Of a stretch of 64,000 nt of DNA, positions 12,121 to 24,148 are shown piece after piece. The stretch comes from Octopus sinensis (lineage: Eukaryota), in contig NC_043016.1 of the NCBI RefSeq assembly GCF_006345805.1, positions 2,852,001-2,916,000 of the forward strand. The letters are read 5' to 3'. Made by a program: the position numbers and the translations under genes. The notes under the pieces are model-generated. The model had not been told where the DNA came from, did no database searches, and was given only the letters and a program-made list of their open reading frames with translations. The stretch's first letter is position 1, and each line of letters starts with the position of its first letter.

Positions 12121-15100
12121 ATGCTCAAAATAGGCAGTATAAATGTACGTGACTTGGGGTCGCCTTGGAAACAAGGCTACCTGTTAAATGACATCAAGTC
12201 ACTAAATCTGAATATCATAGCCATCAGTGAGACCAGACTCCACAGCTCGCGGGCACTCCAGCACATGTTCGGTACACATTTCAACATTTATTTGTCTCCG
12301 TGTCTACCGAGAATGGGCGGAGGTGGCACCGCGGTGCTTCTCCGGAAGAGTCTGGGTCTCAAAGTAAGAGCAATTTTCCTAAACCCGGAGGATAGGCTGG
12401 TCGTTTTGGATTTCGATGGCAGCAATGAGTGTGCTTTTCGACTGATAACAGTTTATGCTCCGTCCTTAACAGGCCGACCAGATTTCTTTCGACGTCTAGA
12501 GTCTTTCATGGGAACGTCTCGTCCTTTACTTTTAGTGGGGGATTAGAATGCCACCCTGGACACGCATCTAGACTACGTGGGCAGTGATAGCAATAGAAGG
12601 GGATGCAAATGCCTCAAAGACCTGCTCAGACGTTTTCAACTGTCTGACAGGTACCGACTGGACCACCCGAATGTGCCAATGTGGACATGGAGTAACCGCA
12701 TAGTGTCGTCCAGATCATACTTAGATAGAGTATTCTGTAGGACAATAGATAAAAATAGTGTAGGTTGTCCACAATTTCATATAGTCAGTTACACATATCA
12801 CAAGTTTGTGACTTGTACACTTGACTTAAATAAGACACATAGGCAGGGTCCTGGTTACTGGAAACTAAACGCGTCTTTTACAGCACGACAGGTTTACCGG
12901 GACCGGATCAGCACATTAGTTAAGAGAGCTTTGACGGGTACCATCATCAACAAAAGATGGTGGTATGCCCTAAAAAAGGCAATTAAAGCAGAATTAGTCA
13001 GATACAGTAAAGCCCTAGCATTAGACCGAAATAGAATAGAGGGAGAATTAGTTAAGGTTTTAGAAGAGGCACTTAGAACTGGCATCGCGTCCAACGTGCT
13101 GGCGGCGAGATTGGCCCTCGACCAACACCTCAACGCCAAACACGAGGGATGCGTTGTCAGAGCTAGGATGCGTGCTCTGAGGAACGAAGGAGTTGGAGCC
13201 GCCCAAGAGGCCCGAGTGGTGGAGACGCAACGAGGCAACAGAGCCACCATCAAGTATCTTACAGATGAACAGGGACGCGAATTGATCGAGCCTAAAAGGA
13301 TGTGTGGGGCTTTTCAACAACACTTCACCCAACTGTTTGAGACAAGTGGTGGGTCAGAACGCAGAGTGGAATTTAGTGCCTACCTGCATGCCTTGCCACG
13401 ACTCTCAGCAAGAGAGGTGGAGTCTTGTGAAAGGCCTATCACAGCTGCGGACGTACATGATGCGATGGAGGGCTGCGCGAGAGACAAGTCACCAGGCTTG
13501 GATGGTCTGCCCTACGAACTTTATTGTCATATGCCAGACTTGTTTGGAGGCATCTTGGCAGCTGTCTACTGCAACTGGCAGCAAAACGGCAGTATTCCTG
13601 CTTTTGTAAAGCGAGGAGCAGTGGCACTGATTAAGAAAGACCCAAACAAGGGGGACGTCATAGATAATTTCAGGCCCATCGCTCTGCTCAACGCAGATTT
13701 GAAAATGTTGGCCAAGAGGTTGGCGCTTGTCAACAAGAAACTAATCGACAAGGCGCAAACATGCGCCGTGCCGGGTAGAAGTATTCATGACAACCTCCAT
13801 CTGATGCGCTACATCATAGACAGGGTAGTTAAGAATCCCACGAGAGCTGGGATGCGGGAGGAGCGTGTCTGCATACGCGGATGACGTCACCGTCATAGTG
13901 TCGAGCTACCAGCACATCGAGCTGGTCGGCGAGACACTAAAAGAATACGAAGCGGTAACGGGAACAAAAATTAACCGGGAAAAGTCAGTGGGCTTGCGGC
14001 TCGGCACCTGGAGAAGCAGGCCCATGCCGTCCAACAGCGTCTCCATCGTGGGACGCTGGACGGACGGACCAGTTAAATTGCTCGGGGTCTGGTTCGGTCC
14101 GGACCTCCAAATGGAGAAGAACTGGGGCGAGATAACGACTAGGGTGGCTACTCTCACCCAGAAATGGGCTGAGAGAAAGCTATCCCTAAAAGGTCGGGTG
14201 GAGGTGGCGAACGTGTACATCGCATCCGTCATCGAGTATCGTCTGACCGTCGTGCCTTGTCCCGACCCTACCATCACCAAACTGGAACGTATACTCTTCC
14301 GCTTCCTGTGGGAGGGAAACGTTCCGATGGTTAGGCGATCCATTTGCTGTCAACACCCGCTAAATGGAGGGCTGGGCATGCCGTGGTTGATGATGCGCAG
14401 ACATGCGCTGAGACTGCGACATCTCCGGCGCTTCATAGACGACGGTGAACAGGTGTGGTCGCCTTTTGTGCGGAGCGCTTTCCCGTAGCTCGTCTCCTTC
14501 GACGAACTACAGTCATGGATCAAGCAGAGACCGAGGCTAGGCGAATGGCACCGCGAGTGTCGCGTTGCTCTTAAGCAACTCTGCCGTCCGGGATCGAACT
14601 TGTGCGACTCCATCACAACAAAGGCATTCTATAGAGGATTAGTGGAGGGGAGGTGCGACGACGAACTCGGGCAGAGTCTGGGCGTCGACGAGGAACACCT
14701 GACCCGCCTGTTCAGGACAACTTTCGGGCCGGGACCTATGAACAATCACCAAAGATCCCTGGCCTGGCAGTGCTATCGAGAAGCATTACCTGTTCGGGAT
14801 AAGCTCTACAGACACGGTTCCAGACACACTGGACCGACTTGCCCGAGATGCGGTCAGAGCGACGAAACCGTTCTGCACGCACTCGTGCAATGTCCAATCA
14901 TTTCAGACCTGTGGGCTTATGCCGAACGGCTGCTGTCACGTGTGGGACGAGTCCGCCTATCGGCCGGGTCTATCGTGAAATTTGCTCCGCCCTCTTCCCT
15001 CAACCGGGAAGGCAAGGCAGTTTTCATTGTACTGGTGGCCATGGTGAAAGAATGTGTGTGGTGGACCCGAGCGAAAGGATTAGAGACAAACACTTACCTC

Positions 15101-15258
15101 TCTGGCCAATCGCTCATCAACTTTTTCAAGTACCACTTGAAAAGGAAGGTGAGAATGGAGAGGGAAGTTTTGTCTCGCGAAAGATTAAAAAAAGATGGGT
15201 GAATGTTGCAAAGATGGTGCGTGCGAGTGACAAAACCATTTTGAGCATGACCCTGTAA
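12121..15258 (+). pseudogene. ORF2 (AP endonuclease, reverse transcriptase, C-terminal Cys domain), disrupted
   Basis: IGSINVR, IAISET, LLLVGD*NATL, WTW, SYLDRVF and GPGYWKLN (APE); SPGLDG, NFRPIALLNAD, HDNL and SAYADD (RT); CPRCGQSDETVLHALVQC. Stop at 12544-12546. The RT segment normally carrying D..KAFD and QG.PLSP is missing at ~13840-13860. Confidence 0.9.
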
Positions 15259-15553
15259 ATTGTAAAAAAGAAAGAGAGAGCATTTTGCTCTCATGTGGTT
15301 ATTTTCCCCCTGACTGAGGTTCCCGTGGTCTTTTCTGTAGGCTTTTCTTCCCACGGATGAACCCAATCTTGTTTTATCAATGTTTTTATCATTATTTCTG
15401 TGATACACGATTTCTTTTCTTTTTTTCCTCCTCTCGATCCCTTTTGATCGCAATCTTACATTTATTTTCTTTTTTTTCCACCCTCAAAAAGAAAAGCTCT
15501 GCATTTGTATTTGTCCCCTCTGTATTCAGCCCTGTGTGGCTAATAAAAGAAAG

Positions 15554-15554
<1 letters not shown>

Positions 15555-15639
<85 letters not shown>

Positions 15640-15649
15640 GCCTATCTAA

Positions 15650-15691
<42 letters not shown>

Positions 15692-15703
15692 GTCTGTCTG
15701 TCG

Positions 15704-15735
<32 letters not shown>

Positions 15736-15747
15736 GTCTGTCTGTCT

Positions 15748-15781
<34 letters not shown>

Positions 15782-15790
15782 AGTCTTTCT
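15555..15790. repeat. (TATC)n/(TGTC)n microsatellite; 3' flank of the LINE
   Basis: Seen directly. Confidence 0.95.
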
Positions 15791-15826
15791 ATCTTCCCCT
15801 CTCTCTTTTCTCCCTTCTCCTATCTG

Positions 15827-15858
<32 letters not shown>

Positions 15859-16359
15859 CCTCTCTGCATTTAGAGAATATGATCAATCTCCGTATCGTAT
15901 TTAATAAAAATACAACATGAAAAGCGGAATTAAGTGCGGGATTCGACCGGAGATAGTATCTCAAACGGACACCCTGTTATGTACAACAGTGACAACAGAT
16001 CTTTTACTTGCATGCAGTTCCTAGTGAGTAAATACTACTGACAATGCGCTTTGAGATGGAAATGCACATCTAATATTCTCACAATTGCTGATGATCAATT
16101 TCAGACAGCAGCCAATATTTCTACTCTGTCAATCGGCTAATTGCAACGCCAATGAATATTCAATCACCGTAATGCTATATCACTGACGGCGCATTTTGTT
16201 TCAACAACGAGTACATACTACAAGAGAAGTTCAATAGGCAAGCACGCTCATCAAGCAATCTCAACACTGAGTGTGGTCGTCGTTTCTCGGCGATTGATGT
16301 ATTTGTGTTATATAACAAAGCACATCCATAAGACATATATTTTTGTATATATTCTAAAG

Positions 16360-16760
16360 AAGGTTGTTGTGTAAGGCCAGAAGTATGCGAGAAAGGCAAA
16401 AAGTAAACTACAAAAGGAAAAGAAAAACAGATCGAAGTTGCAGTTTGCAAGTGTCAAACCCAGAATTTCAAAGATTTAATGGAGGCAACAGGAACAATCT
16501 CAGAATTATGGAAGCCCTCCTTATAAACGAACTGAGTCCAGCCATGGACTACAGGAAGGAACTAAAAGAAGCAATCTGGTTGCTATAGCAACACCAATCT
16601 ACACATGCCACCGTACTTCTACAGCCACCCACCTCCTCTCACACACATCTGAGCCACAACCTGATGAAACTGCCACTTTTCCCTAATGCTCTGAAGAAGG
16701 CGTCTTCACCACGCCCTTTCGAAGTACAAATTAAAGCTGAAACTTTACCGAGGTTACGAT
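16360..16760 (+). mobile_element. Penelope-like element 3' remnant (GIY-YIG C-terminus plus pLTR-like tail)
   Basis: NLRIMEALLINELSPAMD resembles the L.I.EAL.I..L.P.LN end of PLE endonucleases. A ctgaagaagg...gaaac motif follows at 16691-16743. Confidence 0.55.
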
Positions 16761-16769
16761 GTTCATGAT

Positions 16770-16784
16770 ATGTATGTATGTATG

Positions 16785-16846
<62 letters not shown>

Positions 16847-17764
16847 TGTATGTATATATGTATGTATGTATGTGCGTATGTATGTATATATGTATGTATG
16901 TATGTGTGTGTATGTATTTATGTATGTATGTATGTATGTATGTGCGTATGTATGTATGTATAGATGTATGTATGTATGTATGTATGTATGTGTGTGTATG
17001 TGTTTATGTATGTATGTATGTATGTTTGTATGTGTGTATGTATGTACGTATGTATGTATGTATGTGTGTGTGTATGCATGTATGTATGCATGTATGCATG
17101 TATGTATGTATATATGTAGGTGTGTATGTATGTATGCATGTATGTATGTATGTGTGTATGTATGCATGTATGTATGTATGTATGTATAGATGTATGTATG
17201 TATGTATGTAAGTATGTATGTATGTATGCATGTATGTATGTATATATGTATGTATAGATGTATGTATGTATGTATGTATGCATGTATGCATGTATGTATG
17301 TATGTATGTATGTATGTATGCATGTACGTATGTATGTATGTATGTATGTATGTATGTTTGTATGTATGTATGTTTGTATGTATGTATGTACGTATGTACG
17401 TATGCATGTATGTATGTATGTATATATGCATGCATGTATATACGTATACATGTATGTATGTATGTACGTATGTATGTATGTATGTATGTATGTATGTATG
17501 TATGTATGTGTATCAATATATGTATATATGTATGTATGTATGTGTGTATGTATATATATGTATGCATATATGTATATATGTATGTATGTATGTGTGTATG
17601 TGTGTATGTATGTATGTATGCATATATGTATATATGTATGTGTGTATGTATGTATGTATGTATGTATGTATATATGTATGTATGTATATATGTATGTATG
17701 TATGTGTGTATGTATGTATGTATGTATATATGTATATATGTATATATGTATGTATGTATGTGTG

Positions 17765-17798
<34 letters not shown>

Positions 17799-18260
17799 TG
17801 TATGTGCGTATGTACGTATGTATGTATGTTTGTATGTATGTATGTATGTATATATGTATGTATGTATGTATGTGTGTGTATGTATGTATGTATTTATGTA
17901 TTTATGTATGTATGTATATATGTATGTATGTTCGTATGTATGTATGTGTGTATGTATGTATGCATGTATGTATGTATATATGTATGTATGTATGTGTGTA
18001 TGTATATATGTCTGTGTATGCATGCATGTATGTATGTGTGTATGTATGTATGTGTGTATGTATATATGTATGTGTGCATGTATGTATGTATGTATGTATG
18101 TGTGTACGTATGTATGTATGTATGTTTGTATGCATGTACGTGTGTATGTTTCTATGTATGTATGTATGTATGTATGTATTTGCGTGGGTGCATGCATGCA
18201 TGAATGTATGTATGTATGTATGCGTGCATGTATGCATGTATGCACGTACGTATGCAGATG
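16770..18260. repeat. ~1.5-kb degenerate (TATG)n array
   Basis: Seen directly; source of the MYVC/HTYI ORFs. Confidence 0.95.
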
Positions 18261-18264
18261 TGTA

Positions 18265-19075
18265 CACACTCTAAGAACGGTCGCTTGTTGTTTGAAGGCT
18301 AACCTCGTTCAGGTCATCTGTCGACCCCCTGAAAGAATGAAAACATCACGAAAATTCATGAACTGATCTTTGAGGACCATTACTGAACAATTGACAAACT
18401 TGTTGACTGGTGTGTCCTGGAGCTCCTGTAGACGAATTTTGAGCGAGTTATTTCGAATGAAAAGAGTTGTAGCAAAATTTGTGTCTCGGAAGATCAAAAA
18501 CAGACACGACTGAATGCGTATCGTGAACTGAAAGGTCAATGGGAAATTGATCCGGACGTTGTTTTTCGAAGGTCATCACTTGTGAAGAAATCTAGTGCTA
18601 CAGCTACGACCCGGAATCGAAGCAGCAATCTGGTCAATGGAAATATTCAATGTCATCATGCCCCCAAAATGCTCGTCAAGTGAAGTCCAATGTCAAGATT
18701 ATGTTGATTTGTTTCAGCGATGCGAAAGCAATTGTCCACACAGTATTTGTTGCTCCTGGTCAAACTGTTAACCAGACATTTTACTTGGAAGTTCTGAAGG
18801 GTTTGCGAAACACGGTGAGTCGAAAAGCCCCGACTTATGGCGAATTAGAAAGTGTTAGTTTCATCACCACAATGCGCGTGCGCACACCAGTTTGAGTGCG
18901 AGACAGTTTTGACCAAAAATGGCATGACCCTGCTTACCTACCCTCCCTATTCTCCCTATCTTGTTCCCTGCAAATTTTTGTTCCTCCGAATGAAAAAGTC
19001 CTTAAAATAAAGCGTTTTACAGATGTGGAAGACGTGAACAAAAAACGATGGAGACGTTAAAAGGCATCACACTCT
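18265..19075 (+). mobile_element. Decayed mariner transposase fragment
   Basis: PQNARQVKSNVKIMLICFSDAKAIVH..PGQTVNQTFYLEVL (18650-18895) and YPPYSPYLVPCKF at ~18938-18977. Confidence 0.85.
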
Positions 19076-19774
19076 GCCCGAGTAAACAGGATTACTACAC
19101 TGAAAGCTGCATATTCACTACTGCGCATATTCAGAATCAATGACTTATTATCCGAGTCAAGGAATATCTTCCTCGAAACCCAATCCTTTCCGAAACAACA
19201 CTGCCATTTCACATCTTAATTTACCTCTTAATGGACGTTTTCATTCCGTGGTCGTCAAAGAATAATGGTAGCGCGTGAATTTCGAAAACCTTGGTCTCAC
19301 CGATGGCTCCCATATTTGTATATTTTACTGTGATATTAGGCAAGCGCATTAATCACTCATCTACAATCGTACTCCGATGTTGATGCTTTTGAGTGAAAAG
19401 TCAGATAAGAAAAGTCTTTCAAAGTTGATTTGTGGTATTTCGAGTTCAGATTTTCAGCTGGTTGGGATTACTTGAAAATCATACCAGAAAATTCTTATTA
19501 ACTAATTGGTGTACACAGCTCAACTCTCAAACTGCTACAAAAAATGTGACGGACGCTGGAATAAAAGACATACATTTTTTACCAAGAGAAACACGCCATC
19601 CTGTATTTAGTAAGAACTCCAAGGAATGTTCTTGAGATTGGGAGAGATATGTTATTGCCAAACATCAAGATAATATCCCTGTTAATCAATTACTATAAAT
19701 CATAACAATACTGAATTATTTTGAACAATAGTTATAGCAATGGTTTCAAATTTTCGTAGCACTTACGTGGAAGT

Positions 19775-19930
19775 GGGTGAGTTGATTGCATTAACTCAAC
19801 TGTTCAACTGGTACTTATTTCATCGTCCCGGCGAGAATGAATGCCAATGTCTACTTCAGCACAACTTGAACTCAAAACGTGTAGAAGGACAAAATGCCGC
19901 TAAGTATCTTTTCCCGGCGCGCCAACTTGC
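19775..19930 (-). mobile_element. Old diverged SINE-A-like copy
   Basis: The reverse complement retains ttgagttcaagtt, gatgaaataagtaccagt and aatgcaatcaact-like blocks of family A. Confidence 0.55.
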
Positions 19931-19961
19931 CGTTGTCAAAAACAACAGCAATAATGATGAA

Positions 19962-20014
<53 letters not shown>

Positions 20015-20019
20015 CCACC

Positions 20020-20056
<37 letters not shown>

Positions 20057-20057
<1 letters not shown>

Positions 20058-23000
20058 TAAAAATAATAGAGATATAGACTTGGATACAGCAATGAACCCT
20101 AATAAATTAGCTAACGTACGAAGATACATTCTCAAAGCCAAAAAAATATCAGAAATAGAAATAGAACATTTAAAAGAAAAAATACACCAGGAAAATGTAG
20201 ATAGAAGCCACACAACAATGCCCAATAATATAAACACTGAAACTGTAAAACACGAAGACAAACGCAACATTCCAACAAACACGATATAAACAACGAAGGG
20301 GAGCCTAATGATTATGATAATATAAAAAATAAAATAATCAAAGAACTGAAAACACAGAGCCCCAAATGGACCACCGACCATACCTCCCAAGAATAAAAAT
20401 AAACGCAATAACAACACCAATTATAAACCACATAAACCTAGCCGTCACTGAACTAGCCACTGAAACAAAAAAAGTGATATCACTGAACTAAATGACTTGA
20501 TATACGCAGCAGCCACTTCAGCCACAAAAGAAGCTGGATACTCACCCAAACCCGCCCAAACAGAGTACCACCACCCAAACAACCCTGTGGATAAATAACA
20601 TCCAAAACAAATTAAAAAAATTAGAAAAGACCTGTCGATTCTTAATGAAATCAGCAAACAAGCGACGCTACTAAGCAACAAAAAGAGAACAAAAATGCTC
20701 CGCAAATATAACATCACAGAAAAAGATTTGCCGGAGATAAAGAAAGCTGAAGCAAGATATCCTTGCCAAAGCTCAAAGGATCCGCCGGTACGAGAAACGC
20801 CAACGCTTCTTTGAACAGAACAAAAAGTTCAACTCCGACCCCAAAAAGTTCTACCAAGAACTGGGCAAAAATAAAAGAAGTCACTGCAGCACCAACGGCA
20901 GAAGAATTGGAAGAATTCTGGAGAGAAATATGGTCGGCGAACGAACAGCCAAAAAAATGGAGTATGAAAATAACAAACTCGGCATCTGAACAACTTTGGA
21001 CCCCCATAACAACTGAAGAGGTCACCCAGACACTGCAAAAACTAAGCAACTGGAAGGCACCTGGGCATGACAAGATCCCCAACTTCTGGTTGAAATATCT
21101 AACAGGAATGCACAAAAGCTGGCTGAAAACTTTAACACATACTAGCAGAGCCAGAGACAATGCCTGAATGGCTCACGAAGGGGAAAACCATCTTAATTCC
21201 CAAATCAAATGAAACAACAAAACCAGAAAACTACAGACCAATAACCTGCCTCCCTACTATGTTCAAGGCATTTACTGCAGTGATATCGCAAAGGCTGAAC
21301 AAGCACCTGGACGAAAACAAATGTTCCCAGAAGAGCAGAAAGGATGCCGCAAGGCTCATATGGCTGTAAAGATCAACTAATGATTAATAAAGCCGTAACT
21401 GAAGACAGCCACAGAAAGAAGAAAGGCCTCACTATGGCCTGGATTGACTACAAAAAGGCGTTTGATAGCATCCCCCACATTTGGATCCTCGAAACACTAG
21501 CCATTAACAAAGTAGCACCAACAATCATAAAATTCATAGAGCACTCTATGAATAAATGGCAAACAGTCCTACACCTCCAAACAAAAGAGGGACTCGTGAA
21601 AACCAAAGACATCCCCATTAGAAGAGGAATATTCCAGGAAGACACGCTCTCTCCACTCCTTTTCTGCTTGGCACTGTCACCTCTACCTGATATGCTAAAT
21701 GGAACTGGATGCGGATATAAATGTTACGGCAAAACGATCAGCCACCTTTTATATATGGATGACCTAAAACTATACGCTGCAAATGACAAACAGCTGGAAA
21801 CACTATTAAAGACAGTTCATGGATTTACCAAAGAAATAGATATGAAATTTGGATTAGAAAAATGCGCCAAAGTAACCATGGAAAGAGGAAAACTAGTTAA
21901 GAGTAACAACCTCACACTAGATAAAACCAATGAAATAAAAGAATTAGACCAAAGCCAAACTTACAAATACTTAGGAATCCATGAACTAGATAAGACACAA
22001 CACACACAATGAAAGAGAAAATAAAAAAGAATATTATAGACGAGTTAGATCAATACTAAAAACAGAGCTCAATGCTAAAACAAGATAATAGGTATCAACA
22101 CTTTAGCTGTCCCAGTTATAAGTTACAGCTACAATATCCTTAACTGGACACGAAATGAACTGTCCAAAATAGATAGGAAAACAAGAAAAATACTGACAGG
22201 ATCTAGGATGCATCACCCAAAATCTGACATAGAAAGACTATATATACAACGTATTGAAGGTGGTAGAGGCCTTATACAGCTGGAAAACTACTATAAAATA
22301 ACTACCATAGGACTGCAAAAATACCTACTTCAGAAGGAAGGAAACTGATCCAGATAGCAGCAAAACACGAGCAAAACAAAAAACTGTTCTCAGTATTTAA
22401 GGAAGCTGACAAATACAAACAAGAAATCATACCACCTAATAAACAAGAAGAAGAAGAAGATGATGAAGAAACAACAAAAGCTATAAACAAATGAAATCCA
22501 AACTAAAAATAGAACAGCAACGAGGCATGATAAAACGATGGCAAGAAAAGCCCCTTCATGGTAAATACTGCACTAAAATAAACGCAAAAGAAATAGACAA
22601 AGAAAAATCCCAGCAATGGTTGAGAAGCTCAGGACTCAAAGCAAAACAGAGGGATTTTTAATTGCAGCACAAGACCAAAGCCTCCCCACCAGAAATTACC
22701 AAAACATGTAATGAAAAGAAATATTACAAGTAACTGCAGAATATGTGGAGATGGACAAGAAACAATAAATCATATTATCTCTAGCTGCCCAGTCCTGGCT
22801 AATAAGGAATATATTCACAGACATGACAGAGTTGGAACCTACATACATTGGAAGCTATGCCAACATTATGGAATAACAACAGAAAAAAGATGGTATAGGC
22901 ACACACCAGAAAAGGTCACAGAAAACGAGAAAGCAACCATACTCTGGGATATGCCGATACACACAGATAGAGAAATTAAGGCCAACAGACCAGATATAGT

Positions 23001-23400
23001 TCTCAGAGATCATGAAGAAAAAATGCTTTCTAATTGATGTATCAATACCGGCAGATGACAACGTTTCTCTAAAAGAAATGGAGAAACTCTCAAAATACAA
23101 AGACCTGGAAATAGAGGTAACTAGAATGTGGAACCTGAAAACAGAAACAATTCCTATCATAGTAGGTGCATTAGGCATGATAAAAAAATATTCAGACAAA
23201 TACATAACAAAAACACCAGGTCTTACAAACACATATAACATACAGAAAATTGCACTATTGGGCACTGCACACATCCTACGCAGAACACTTTCCATACAAT
23301 AACCATCAGAGCATCACAACAAACCACAGCACATACCCAAAGCACACAGAGCTGCGCTCGGTAGTGAAGTGAAAGCACGCTATAAAAATAAAACTACTAA
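20057..23400 (+). mobile_element. 5'-truncated R4/Dong-clade (RLE) non-LTR retrotransposon flanked by (TAA)n; coding disrupted
   Basis: NWKAPGHDKI, ENYRPITCLPT, WIDYKKAFDS, GIFQEDTLSP and HLLYMDD (RT); CRICGDGQETINHIISSC and RHDRV (CCHC); NRPDIV..LIDVSIP..EKLSKY..IIVGALG (PD-(D/E)xK RLE). (TAA)n at 19963-20056 and 23401-23421. Confidence 0.9.
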
Positions 23401-23421
23401 ATAATAATAATAATAATAATA

Positions 23422-24116
23422 ACCACCGTCTTACTTTCAAGTTTTTTTAACCATTTTTTGGGTGGTGTAATGTCCCACTCCACCAACTTTTCGTTCGCCC
23501 CTAGTGGGTAATAAAGAACTTACTCCACCAACTTTTCATTGTTATTTGCCATGTTTTTTTTAAAAGAGTCCAAAAATACAGTTGTTAAAATATGAAATAA
23601 TTAAGGAAAAAGAAGGAAAAGAATAAAGTCCAAACAAAACGAAGGGGAGAGAAAAAAATTAACAGTTCAAAAAAGTTTTTTTTTAATCAAAGATAGAAGA
23701 AGAGAGAGTAACAGTTCAAAACACAGCAAAGGCCACTTGGTACTCCAGGCCAAAATTTAACACAATTGTAAAACAGTTAAAAAATCATTCCAGTTTTCTT
23801 CTAGGTACTCCTTAACAGGAACAACACTATTTTGAAACAAAAATTTTGGCAGGATACGCCCACCAAACCAATAATTTTCACAATTAAGTGAATAATATTT
23901 TCACTCAGCCTTAGGCAGACTAGAGTCTATTGAGGACTTGTTGCTTGTAAAAATAATTTGCGACATACAACAGGTCCCCACTAGACCCCAAAAATTCTTA
24001 CCTTACGGCTGAGTATTCAAAAGTCTTCAATTTAAGATGGCTTTCAAAAACACGTCTTACATCTTCGGTGTCAAACAGAAGTCCAATTCGCACATGTGCA
24101 ATGAGGTAGCAATGAC
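23422..24116 (-). mobile_element. 5' portion (UTR plus ORF1 start) of a Tx1-ORF1-type element, homologous to 38900-40962
   Basis: After removing a 29-bp insertion and one TSD copy, the minus strand from ATG 23552 reads MANNNEKLVEWDITPPKKWLKKLESKTVV, versus SVLEWEINPPKQWLKDMEERTMVV in the 39406 ORF. Both UTRs carry repeated ttttgaact motifs. Confidence 0.8.
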
Positions 24117-24148
24117 GTAAGCTAGCTACTTACCACACAGCCACTCTT
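24117..24148 (-). mobile_element. Isolated 5' head of SINE family B
   Basis: The reverse complement aagagtggctgtgtggtaagtagctagcttac matches the heads at 30981 and 52493. Confidence 0.8.

Larger units (their letters stand above)
9621..15554 (+). mobile_element. Near full-length L1-clade (Tx1-like) non-LTR retrotransposon, ~5.9 kb, flanked on both sides by (TATC)n
   Basis: Two-ORF layout (gag-like ORF1, then APE-RT ORF2) and a T-rich 3' UTR ending agccctgtgtggct-aataaaagaaag. The Tx1 assignment is by motif recognition only. Confidence 0.85.

Noticed and set aside
16759-18366. ORFs of 220-420 aa (MYVC/HTYI repeats)
   Set aside because: Translation of a stop-free (TATG)n array; there is no coding signal. 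The same applies to the YIYI, CVCV, poly-I/L/N/Y/D ORFs at 1.4-1.9, 9.2-9.6, 19.9, 36.9, 44.4, 45.6, 53.3, 58.0-58.9, 59.4 and 63.4 kb.
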